A stretch of DNA of 63,447 bases, filler included, from Octopus bimaculoides (GCF_001194135.2; 6 parts of 6 records of this genome joined end to end with filler, not necessarily neighbours in it), one strand, 5' to 3'; shown: positions 1 to 9,685, numbered from the whole stretch's first letter. Notes: generated from the sequence alone by a model not told the origin. A program made the numbers and translations.

Positions 1-41
<41 letters not shown>

Positions 42-49
42 CATATATA

Positions 50-205
50 CGGCGGGCTTCTTTCAGTTTCCGTCTACCAAATCCACTCACAAGGCTTTGG
101 TCGGCCCGAGGCTATAGTAGAAGACACTTGCCCAAAGTGCCACGCAGTGGGACTGAACCCGGAACCATGTGGTTGGTAAGCAAGCTACTTACCACACAGC
201 CACTC
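50..205 (-). mobile_element. SINE family A, tRNA-derived 5' head (CORE-like motif)
   Basis: Minus strand reads GTGGCTGTGTGGTAAGTAGCTTGC...GGTTCCGGGTTCAGTCCC (A/B-box-like), then GGCACTTTGGGCAAGTGTCTTCTACTATAGCC. Same sequence recurs at 4291, 6211, 9088, 21860 and 53200. Confidence 0.85.
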
Positions 206-354
206 CTGTACCTTTATTCTGATTATAACTTTACATTTTTATCAATAACAATGTGTAACGCGATTTCTGTCCTTGGATATCATGTTATTTCCTGTTTGCT
301 TACCCCTAGAAAGTATGAAAAAACGGCTCATATTTCCTTCAAATTTTGTTTTTG

Positions 355-545
355 TTACATTTATTCAAACCCCAAAGAATCCCTCTCAATACATGGTTAT
401 GATGTTCCCCCACTACTCCTGCTCATCATCAGAGATGCACATATTGTCAGCCACTAAGGGACATGCTGAAGTGGTTAAGGTCAAGCAAGTGACAAGCAAA
501 TCTGTGCTATTGAGCATTTGTTATAACGATATTTCTGCTTCAGCA
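355..545 (+). repeat. Interspersed repeat family D (unclassified)
   Basis: TTATTCAAACCCCAAAGAAT...GGGACATGCT...GGTTAAGGTCAA...GACAAGCAAATCTGTG matches the reverse complement of about 26965-27140. Confidence 0.75.
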
Positions 546-1014
546 ATTCAGCACTGAATCTGTCTGAAATGTAATGGAAAACAGGTCAGTTTCAAAACAT
601 TGATGAGCAGGTGACAAGGGGATAGTCGGAATTGCCTTCGATTTCTAGATCAAAGCAAATAGAAAATAACGCTCACTGGCAAACACAAAAAAATAAATGA
701 ATAAATAAGATAAAAATTGTGTTGCACATTATAATTATTAGTGCATTTGGTTATATCAGTAAATGTTTACGCCATAATCTGGAGAAAGTAGGATTTTCAA
801 TGAACTTTACAGATAAAGTTTATAAGCAAGCAAGACTTACTTAAAGTCCAATTTCATAAAGTAACTTTCTTAAAATAACAATTCTTTCTTAAAGTAACAA
901 TTTTCATTGTCGTTATCCAAATTCCAGTGATGGAGAATTTATTTCTTTGTTAGAAGCCAGTTCTCTCCTTCCAGGAATAATACCCCCAAAATCCAGGAAC
1001 AATATTAATACATG

Positions 1015-1022
1015 TGTAGCGT

Positions 1023-1076
<54 letters not shown>

Positions 1077-1414
1077 NNNNNNNNNNNNNNNNNNNNNNNN
1101 NNNNNNNNNNNNNNNNNNNNNNNNNNNNNNNNNNNNNNNNNNNNNNNNNNNNNNNNNNNNATATATATATGGTAAACGGGACGGTGAAAAGTTAGCTATT
1201 TATACCATACTGTCGGCTCAACTGGGGTTCAGAAAAGACTGTCTCACGCGACCTTATCTGGAGGCTGCGATTGGTTGGGTTGCACCCTGGCGTGAAATAG
1301 AACAGGAGACAAAATGCGCCAATACCAACCAATCAGAGTTGATGGACACAACAGGGTCCAAAAGTGCGGCCGAAGGCTAGCTGTTATCCGCTATGTTCGC
1401 ATCCATCTATATAT

Positions 1415-1451
<37 letters not shown>

Positions 1452-1710
1452 ACGCTACAGAGCCCCCCCCCCACTCCCTACCAGTCATTTTGTGTAAGAC
1501 AAAATAGACGATAAAGGATGAAATAACTGTAGCGAAAAGGAGAAAGAGCGGTTGGCCATGAAGCTGGCACTGGGTCACCGTTTAGCAAACGTCCGTGCGA
1601 ACGTCGGGCTCTGTGTTGGAATCACGTCGGGGTCACCAATTTGTAAGGACCGTGCGACCAGGACATGGTGACGAGGAATGGCTCCTTCAGCACATCGCAC
1701 GGTCGATACA
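1015..1710. mobile_element. Solo-LTR-like insertion (TG...CA ends, 4-bp TSD)
   Basis: Starts TGTAGCG (1015) and ends TCGATACA (1710), flanked by CATG at 1011-1014 and 1711-1714. Internal inverted pair TGTAGCGTACTT(CT)n / (GA)nAAGTACGCTACA spans 1015-1459. CCAAT and TATATAA motifs lie inside. Confidence 0.55.
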
Positions 1711-1990
1711 CATGTAAAAGAAAAGCTGATACATACATTATTTTATATGTTAAAATATGCTTACTTTAAAATAATTTGTATGTAAGAGAGAGAGGGATTT
1801 TTGGTGGGTGATATTGTTATCCCCCACCACTACCACATATACACTCGTGCACCTCGTTAAAACATTCCAGTACAGTTTTATTAGTCATGTGAATAAGGTT
1901 GTGCTAAGATTATTTAAAAACAATTTCATGTTTACATTTGCACAAACATTAGCGCGCACATTCTTTCGTCATTAGAAAACAAGATTTTTA

Positions 1991-2156
1991 AGGCGGCGAG
2001 CTGGCAGAAACGTTAGCACGCCTGGCGAAATGTTTAGCGGTATTTCGTCTGCCGTTACGTTCTGAGTTCAAATTCCGCCGAGGTCGACTTTGCCTTTCAT
2101 CCTTTCGGGGTCGATAAATTAAGTACCAGTTACACACTGGGGTCGATGTAATCGAT
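1991..2156 (+). mobile_element. SINE family B (tRNA-like head, CCTTTCATCCTTTCGGGGTCGATAAA central domain)
   Basis: GGCGGCGAGCTGGCAGAA...GAGTTCAAATTCC head; same family at 19918, 24538, 26776, 39798 and 55100. Confidence 0.85.
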
Positions 2157-2269
2157 TTTTTGCGCACACTGAAAATAAACGTAAGAGAATATTGACAACG
2201 ATCAGAGACAATCTTTTGAACATCTCGTCTTCATTTATTATAAGATAAATCACACATTGCTTTCAGACT

Positions 2270-2390
2270 TTTTTGGCCCGCGGCCAGCAAGTTCAAGGGA
2301 GGGGGTTAAGTCGATTACATTGACCCCCCAGTGCTCAACAGGTACTTATTTTATCGAACTCAAAAGAACGAAAGGCAAAGTCCACACCTT
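2270..2390 (-). mobile_element. SINE family B, 3' fragment
   Basis: Reverse complement of GCCTTTCGTTC...GATAAAATAAGTACC...GGGGTCAATGTAATCGACTT. Confidence 0.7.
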
Positions 2391-3550
2391 GATGACAAAA
2401 TAAACCAGTCTTCTACACATCATTGGAAATGGTGTCCAAACGCAGGTTAAGTTTAATTTCAATTTGTTTCTTATCTAATCCCAGCATTCACTGAATCTTA
2501 ACACCTTCAGGTCAGGAAACACTGGGTTAATGCGTTCTCTCTTTTAAATGGGGTCGACGTGTGATTTGAGATAATTCTACTAGGTTAAGCAAAATACGTA
2601 GACGTTTCCTCGTCTAACTGGGTGGATGGCATTTTCGTATCACCCCCACACACCTCTCATATACAAATAAAGGGGGGGGGAAATGATAATGATAATCACC
2701 ATGTTTTATTGTTGTTCCAGCAATAAAGAGGTCATTCAACTGCAGTGGGAAAAGCAGAAAGGAAGGGGAAAATTTGGACGGAGATAAGACATATGAAAAC
2801 GAGGCTGGAGTTCGGCTGTTTAAGCTTACGTGCAACAGGAGTTTATTTTATTCTGTTTTATTTTTATGGACATTATCTACTTATTGCAGCGAAACCATGA
2901 ACAATATAATATCGACTGTCCATTAATTTAGCCGTCAGAAGTGAGCTAATTGATCGATCAACATTACGGCCACGTACAGTATTTCGTTTAGATTCAAACT
3001 CGGAATGGTTTAAAATATCTGGGCCACAAATAAATCGATATATACTATCAGGTTTTTTCTAAGAATCAATTTCCGACCAACCAAACAAGTTATTTTTAAC
3101 TATAGGAAAAAAAGTATTTATCAATGTACTTTTTTTTCCAGCCATTCATGAAAGAACATCCTGTATTGATGATTGGCTATCTCTTTCATTTATACTTACT
3201 CCCTTCTCTTTCTCTCACTCTCTTTCACTCGCTTTGTCTCTACCTTCGAACATATGCACCTCAAACCACGATTATGGCCGCCTGTTTTTAGGTATACAAA
3301 CAAAATAGCAACAGTGAAACCTCGGCAACACGTACGTATGCTTGTGTGTGTGGTCATGATTATATAATATATATATATGAATGTGTGTATGTAGATTATG
3401 CATATTGTTTTACTGACCGGTTATGTGAAACAGTGTCTAACAGATTTTCCGGCTTCTGTAAAATACTAATTTATTCTGCCTTTGGTATTCGTGTACTATT
3501 CCCCCCCCCCCATACCTTGTATTGCACCTCTGTGCTTATTATAATATATA

Positions 3551-3931
3551 CGAGGGGGTCCTGAAAAGTTCCTGGCTTTGAGTAAAAGAAAATGAGGAGA
3601 ATCAGTTAATTATGATTTTATTCAATATATTCCCGTCTCAGATTCATGAGGAAGGAGGAGCACTCCGTCGGTTACGACGACGAGGGTCCCAGCTGATACG
3701 ATCAACGGAACAGCTTGCTCGTGAAATTAACGTGCAAGTGGCTGAGTAATCCACAGACACGTGTACCCCTAACGTAGTTCTTAGGGAGATTCAGGGTGAT
3801 TCAGATTCATACACGTATTACAACGATCCTTCAGTTTTTCTAAGTCCTATAACAGAACTCGGAAGGTAGGGTCTCCAACTAGGCCTTTCGCGATACCCTT
3901 AAAACCAGGAACATTTCAGTCCCCCACCTCG
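3551..3931. mobile_element. Mariner-like MITE interrupted by a SINE fragment
   Basis: TA then CGAGGGGGTCCTGAAAAGTTCCTGG at the left end; CCAGGAACATTTCAGTCCCCCACCTCG at the right end (imperfect TIRs). Confidence 0.75.
3648..3800 (-). mobile_element. 5'-truncated SINE family C copy with 10-bp TSD
   Basis: Matches the 3' ~140 bp of 56601-56986. Flanked by TCAGATTCAT at 3638-3647 and 3801-3810. Confidence 0.85.
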
Positions 3932-4149
3932 TGTGTGTGTATGTGTGCATTACACACACACACACATTAATGAATGACGAAAGAGAATACAAGTAACATA
4001 ATCAACATAATCACTTTGAATAGCTTACAGCTCCGAGGAGGCTAGAATGTTGCTCAACACTCGGCTCCGAGTGAATTGCTTCCTGCAGCAGAAACAGCTG
4101 TAAGTTAATAAAGGCGATTACCTGACTCCAATTCTCTGCTCACTCCCTT

Positions 4150-4290
4150 ATTAATATTGATTTCAAATTTTGGGGGAGGGGATAACTCGATTACATCGAC
4201 CACAATATTCTACTGGTACTTATTTTATCGACCCCAAAACAATGGAAAGCAAAGTCAACCTCTGCGGAATTTGAACTCAGAACGTAAAGA
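4150..4290 (-). mobile_element. SINE family B, partial
   Basis: TCGATTACATCGACC...ACTGGTACTTATTTTATCGACCCC...GCGGAATTTGAACTCAGAAC on the plus strand. Confidence 0.75.
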
Positions 4291-4431
4291 AGTGCTTCTT
4301 TCAGTTTCCGTCAACCAAAACCACTCACAAGGCTTAGGTCGACCAGAGGTTATAGTAGAAGACACCTGCCCAAGGTCCATGCTGTGGGACTGAACCCGGA
4401 TCCATGTGGTTGGTAAGCAAGCTACTTACCA
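4291..4431 (-). mobile_element. SINE family A head
   Basis: Same sequence as 50-205 with substitutions. Confidence 0.8.
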
Positions 4432-4786
4432 GATGAAGTAAGGATAATTTGGTACTATGTGCAATGTGTCTAATAAAAAGACGGGATGGTTACAATTGGA
4501 ATGTCTTTGTTTATATAGCCCCTTGATCAAAGATGACTTGAAAGGCTAAACAACGATAAATGAAACCGGATTTTGAAACCGTGTTTCGACCACGGCTTCC
4601 CGGGAGACTGTTATTAAACTGCCAGCAATTACAATATGAATGGTCTTTGATGAGAATGCATGAATATCACATAATTCCCTTCCCCACTCTTGCAAACCTC
4701 GATCAATGACCTTGAGCCATATTAAAAAGAAACCCAGCAAATTGATTCCTTTGATCCTCTTTCACATTCACCGCAGCAATACTCCA

Positions 4787-4935
4787 GAAGGCGCGTGGCT
4801 TAGTGTTCGGAGGTATTCTGCCCACGATCGTGAGGTCATCAGTTCGTTATCTGGTGGTGTGTTGTGTCCTTGAGCAGGACACTTTATTTCACGTTGCTCC
4901 TGTTCACTCAGCTGGCAAAAATAAGCTGTATTTGT
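4787..4935 (+). mobile_element. SINE family E (tRNA head plus GTGTCCTTGAGCAGGACACTT domain)
   Basis: Aligns with 56259-56405, including TTTCACGTTGCT...CACTCAGCTGGCAAAAAT. Confidence 0.7.
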
Positions 4936-5695
4936 AATTCTATGTCACAATGAATCTCTCCGAGAACTGTGATATTTTGAAAGAAGAGACACATTACATA
5001 ATAATGTTGCCCTGGATCATATTGATACAATGTTCGCAAAAATGTAGAAAGTAGTTGCAGCAGCAGCAGCAGTAGTAATAGTAGTAGTAGTAGTAGTAGT
5101 AGTAGTTGTTCAAAGCTTGAAAATAAGATTGTCAACAACAACAATGACAACAATGACAACAACAACAACAACAACAACACTAATAATGTTGTACCCTTAG
5201 GCTCAAGGACACCTGGGAGGGTAAAGGTAAAGGCAACTATTAAGGTGGACTGAAGTATTTTACTGGTACTTTATATAATCGACACCCCACCCTCAACTTG
5301 CCGCCATGGATAAAAGAAATAAAAGATTCAGTGATGACAATGATGATAATGCTGCCGCTGATGATGACGACAACGACCCTGACTTGAAGTGACAGCTGGA
5401 TAACGCTTGCATTGTTGTTGGATGGTCACAGAAAGAATGGCGACAGTTATAAAAGCTTATTTAATAATCCACTGACATTTTAATGGTGTATAAAAGTAGA
5501 GCAGCAATGAATAAGCGAATAGACAGACAGAGAGACACCAACCAGTAGATAGGTATGTATAGTATATACGTACGTATGTATGTATGTATGTATGTAGGTA
5601 GGTAGGTAGGTCTCTAAAGTACAGAAATATGGCCATTGTTTTCACCAGTCAGCTTCAAGGACCAATCAAACTCTCAATATGTATATTGTCTGCAT

Positions 5696-5712
5696 CAGCG
5701 TTTCCTAACCTT
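5696..5712 (+). mobile_element. Isolated hAT (Charlie/Buster-type) terminal repeat
   Basis: CAGCGTTTCCTAACCTT is nearly identical to the reverse complement of the Buster end at 14742-14758. Confidence 0.4.
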
Positions 5713-6210
5713 ATTTCTACTCTTAGGGAACTTTGGAAATACATTCCATAGTCTCTAGCCCCTCCCTTCCTAAAAATTACTATATATCTTTATTCATCTT
5801 TTTTCGTTTTCTTACGTACAGTTAAATTTTATAAAGGACTAAACGAAACATTAAAAAATGTGTTTTTGGACGGTTTGGCAATGCTAAAATCCTTCACAGA
5901 AAAGATTTAACCAGTTAACTGCGAAATTAAATTTCATGTTTACTCCAGTTCATGTCTATTCCAGTTTGATTGATCAGATTCGACCAGGCATTAAAGAACA
6001 ATAACAATACTACACATTATTGATTCCCCCCCCCCAAAAAAAAATAGAACTAGTTGTTAACATACAGTTCACTGTCGTAAAAAGAGTGAACGTAAATTAT
6101 CTTTAAAGCAAAGTAAATTGCGAGAGAAATCAGAAGCGACGATACTGATAGCCCAGAATTTCATGTAAACAATGTATATAACATGGAAACTGTACATGTA
6201 TCTTATATAG

Positions 6211-6625
6211 AGGAGCAGATGTGGCAGTGTGGTAAGAAGCTCGCTTCCCAACTACATGATTCCCAGGTTTAGCCCTGCTGCATGGCACCTTGGACAAATG
6301 TCCTCTACTATAACCTCGGACTGATCACATCCTCTTGAGTGAATTTGGTAGACAGAAACTGAAAGAAGCACGTCGTATATATATATATATATTTATGTGT
6401 GTGTCTGTGTGTTTCTGTCTTTGTTTGTCTCCCACCATCGCTTGACAACCGGTGTTAGCATATTTATGTCCCCATAACTTAGCGTTTCGGCAAAAAAAAA
6501 ACAATAAGTAACAGGCTTTTAAAAAAATGTAAGTACTGGGGTCGATTCACTGGACTAAAAACCCCATGAATGCGGTGCCCCAGAATGGCCGCATCTAATA
6601 ACTGAAACAAGTGAAAGATAAAAGA
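6211..6625 (+). mobile_element. SINE family A, near full length
   Basis: tRNA head, internal (AT)n/(GT)n, CGCTTGACAACCGG segment, GGCCGCA...CTGAAACAAGT and an AAAGA-rich tail. Confidence 0.85.
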
Positions 6626-6891
6626 GAAGATGAAAAACAATCTGATATTAGGTGGAAATATGCACGAAATGAGATTCGTGAATAGCCTTTTTTGATCTCT
6701 AAATTTGTTTCGCTACACAAACTCATGAAGTTACAACGTAAATATATCACCACTAGTCCCACATTATCGCTTAAGCCTCTTGGCGAGCATCCATAGTCAT
6801 TCTGTTGTTACTTCCGGTTTCTAGTGCAATTTACTTTTATCTTTTTTAGGACAGTTTACTTTCACTTTCTTTTACGACGGTTAACTGCATG

Positions 6892-7140
6892 CAGTGCCGG
6901 TTTTAAACCAATTAAACAGACTTGTTCAAACTGGGCCTCACGTACACGCTCAAGCGGAGGACGCTATGATGAACTTTTAGTATATCATTGCGGCTAATGG
7001 TGGAGCCTCAAGCCCTCAACGCTTTTCGGCTGGGACTGGCGTACTACACAAAGCATAAAACCTATCTTCAACTTTTATAGAGTAGAGGGCTCCACTGACA
7101 ATTCTCAGATTGGGCCCCGCACTTCCTAGCGCCGGTCCTA
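6892..7140. mobile_element. hAT-like MITE
   Basis: Ends CAGTGCCGG... and ...GGGCCCCGCACTTCCTAGCGCCGGTCCTA. Degenerate 8-bp TSD ACTGCATG (6884-6891) / ACTGAATA (7141-7148). Confidence 0.55.
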
Positions 7141-7210
7141 ACTGAATATTATCTAAACCGTGGGAAAATATGTACGTAGTGGTGGTGGGGTTTAAACAAG
7201 GAACAAATAT

Positions 7211-7216
7211 ATGGAA
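7211..7216 (+). CDS. Candidate start mini-exon end (ATG GAA | GTAAGT)
   Basis: ATG at 7211 followed by a perfect donor at 7217. Would splice in phase 0 to 7382. Confidence 0.3.
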
Positions 7217-7381
7217 GTAAGTTATCAAAAACTAAGGACTTCTAGCGTATTGGGAAGTTTTATCTATGACGTAGCATTTCCTCTGAGTTTATAAACCGGA
7301 AATAGCATAAGTCTTTTGTTTTCTAATAGAGAGAGTGATGGTTTCAAAGTTTGTGTGAGATTTTATTTCTTATTCTGTCAG

Positions 7382-7408
7382 GATACAAAGAAAAATCCGA
7401 AATCCGAG
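7382..7408 (+). CDS. Candidate 27-nt microexon (DTKKNPKSE in phase 0)
   Basis: Pyrimidine tract TTTTATTTCTTATTCTGTCAG acceptor; GAG|GTAAAT donor; length is a multiple of 3; open in all three frames. Confidence 0.35.
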
Positions 7409-7796
7409 GTAAATATTAAGGGCATGAGTGGTTGAAGGTCATCTCTCCCAAACCGGATAAGTCGGGCGTCATGGTCTGAAACAGAAAACATTCAAAACAA
7501 GTTCGAGTCATATTAGCATTTGCGCATGCGCTAAACATATCGGTCGTCTGCATGCACTAAGAAATTTCAACACAAACGTAACTTATACGTTTCAGCTGTG
7601 GCTATTCTGCCTTCTCTCTCTCTCCCCTCTCCCTCTCTCTCCCCCCTCTCTCTCCCCTCTCCCTCTCTCTCACTTTCTCTCCCTCTCTCCCCCTCGTTAT
7701 CTCTATTTATTTATTTATTTATTTATTTATTTATTATTTATTTATTTTCAACTCACAAATTAAGAGAATACGATGTTTATTATTCAAAAAATATGA

Positions 7797-8305
7797 ATGT
7801 ACATTATTTACCTTATTTACATTTGACGGATATTTATCCTCATCTTGTTTGTTGTTAACACAACGTTTCGGCTAGCTGATATACCCTCCAGCGGGCATAT
7901 GGCATAGTGGTTAAGAGCGCAGGCTACTAACCTCAAGATTCCGAGNNNNNNNNNNNNNNNNNNNNNNNNNNNNNNNNNNNNNNNNNNNNNNNNNNNNNNN
8001 NNNNNNNNNNNNNNNNNNNNNNNNNNNNNNNNNNNNNNNNNNNNNNNNNNNNNNNNNNNNNNNNNNNNNNNNNNNNNNNNNNNNNNNNNNNTCGATTCTA
8101 GGCAGTGACCTGAATAATAATAATAATAATAACATCGAAAAATATCTTTGAAATGAGAACCCAGGTTCGAAATTTCCCCAAAACACTTGATGAAGGCTGG
8201 AGGGTATATCAGTCGAAATGATGTGTTAACAACAACCAAGATGAGGACAAATATCCGTCAAATGTAAATAATGTACATAATTCCTCATCTCTTAAAAATA
8301 GAACT
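7797..8305 (+). mobile_element. tRNA-headed Penelope-like non-autonomous element with an inverted 5' copy of its 3' part
   Basis: 7893-8110 is tRNA-like (TGGCATAGTGG A box; GAG..TCGATTC B box split by a gap). 7797-7892 is an inverted copy of about 8196-8278. Hammerhead motif at 8183-8226. Confidence 0.65.
8183..8226 (+). ncRNA. Degenerate minimal type I hammerhead ribozyme
   Basis: ACAC-TTGATGA-A-GGCTG-loop-CAGTC-GAAAT-GAT-GTGT. The inverted copy keeps GCCGAAACGTTGTGT, giving a reconstructed CTGATGA...GAAACGTT core with stem I ACAC/GTGT. Confidence 0.6.
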
Positions 8306-8380
8306 TCAAAATATTAATGCTTAGTACATTTTTTTCCTTTTTGTATGTCACACTTTAAAAACAAAATATATGTAGTTCAG

Positions 8381-8764
8381 TTGGCACTCCGTCGCTTACG
8401 ACGTCGAGGGTTTCAGTTGATCCGATCAACGGAGCAGCCTGCTCGTGAAATTAACGTGCAAGTGGCTGAGCACTCCACAGACACGTGTACCCTTAACGTA
8501 GTTCTCGGGGATATTCAGCGTGACACACAGTGTGACAAGGCTGACCCTTTGAATTACAGGCACAACAGAAACAGGAAGTAAGAGTGAGAGAAAGTTGTGG
8601 TGAAAGAGTACAGCAGGGTTCACCACCATCCCCTGCCGGAGTTTCGTGGAGGTTTTTAGGTGTTTTCGCTCAATAAACACTCACAACGCCCGGTTTCGCA
8701 ATCGAAACCGTGATCCTATGACCGCGAGTCTGCTGCCCTAAAACCACTGGGCCATTGCGCCTCC
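8381..8764 (-). mobile_element. SINE family C, full length, 11-bp TSD
   Basis: Reverse complement of GGAGGCGCAATGGCCCAGTGG...CGTAAGCGACGGAGTGCCAA. ATGTAGTTCAG at 8370-8380 and 8765-8775. Confidence 0.9.
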
Positions 8765-9087
8765 ATGTAGTTCAGAATGATAATTTAATTAAAACATATT
8801 CTAGGGATTTTATTCTCGCTATACAACATGCAAAAGCCGTGAGCCAACCTTTAAATTAAAATCCCGAAGGATTTGTTTTAGTATCATAAACTAAATCTAT
8901 GTTGGAATAACCTACGGGTTTCTGAAGATTTGTGTGAAACGTTTTCCTATCATGTAATTTACGAGCTAAAACTCCGAAATTACAAATATTTTGCTCGTTA
9001 ATCTTGTTAACCTCTCTTAATATCCTCTCGTTAAACTCCGTTAATCTTCTCCCGTTAATCTGTGTTAAATTAGTCAGTTGAATCTAA

Positions 9088-9225
9088 GTAGTGTGGTAAA
9101 AAGCTTGCTTCCCAGTCACATGGTTCCGAGTTCAGTCTCACTGCGTGGCACCTTGGGCAAGCGTCTTCTACTATAGCCTCAGGCCAACCAAAGCCTTGTG
9201 AGTGGATTTAGTAGACGGAAACTGA
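9088..9225 (+). mobile_element. SINE family A head (its 3' half is probably 10020-10230)
   Basis: GTGTGGTAAAAAGCTTGCTTCCC...GGCACCTTGGGCAAG...GTAGACGGAAACTGA. Confidence 0.85.
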
Positions 9226-9303
9226 CCGGACATATGCTTAACTGCATATATATATATATNNNNNNNNNNNNNNNNNNNNNNNNNNNNNNNNNNNNNNNNN
9301 NNN

Positions 9304-9315
9304 TTAATTAATTAA
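9304..9315. other. Assembly spacer TTAATTAATTAA inside an N-gap (also 28754-65, 35370-81, 40800-11, 59600-11)
   Basis: The identical 12-mer is embedded in N-runs five times and contains stop codons in all six frames. Confidence 0.9.
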
Positions 9316-9359
9316 NNNNNNNNNNNNNNNNNNNNNNNNNNNNNNNNNNNNNNNNNNNN

Positions 9360-9403
<44 letters not shown>

Positions 9404-9407
<4 letters not shown>

Positions 9408-9501
9408 TAATTTACAAAGGTACCGTTAATTCTATTATTATCCAATGTCACTAGTGACATTGGATAATAATAGAATTAATGGTACCTTTGTAAATTAATT
9501 T
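9404..9501. repeat. 98-bp loopless palindrome
   Basis: Centred on CACT|AGTG (9452/9453); a single mismatch (G9425/T9480). Confidence 0.95.
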
Positions 9502-9633
9502 GTAATAAATTATTTTTCACGTAATTTTGTAACGAGATTATTTTACACTTGGAAGCTGCTGTGATTTCGGTGCTAAACGAATCAGTAGCGGCAGATTTTC
9601 GAAGGATAGGTTGAGAATCGCTTTCCTGGTAAT

Positions 9634-9685
9634 GCGTGCTGAAGAAGCTAAGGCATATTATGCCAATGCAGAAACTAGTCCACGT
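9634..9685 (+). ncRNA. Minimal type I hammerhead ribozyme candidate (Penelope-type)
   Basis: GCGTG-CTGAAGA-AGC..GGCAT-ATT-ATGCC..GCA-GAAAC-TA-GTC-CACGT. Stem I is 5 bp; palindromic stem III ACTAGT; GUC site at 9678-9680. Confidence 0.7.

Larger units (their letters stand above)
6810..7531. promoter_or_regulatory. Possible promoter-proximal motif cluster
   Basis: ETS-type ACTTCCGGT (6810-6818) and ACCGGAAAT (7295-7303); NRF1/Ewg-type TGCGCATGCGC (7521-7531); next to candidate first exons. Motif-only evidence. Confidence 0.3.

Noticed and set aside
7893-8110. Functional tRNA gene
   Set aside because: The acceptor stem does not close properly and it is attached to a repeat body. All tRNA-like heads in the window (families A, B, C, E) are SINE-derived.
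9304-9315. TTAATTAATTAA recurring five times
   Set aside because: Always embedded in N-runs and has stops in six frames; an assembly spacer, not biology.
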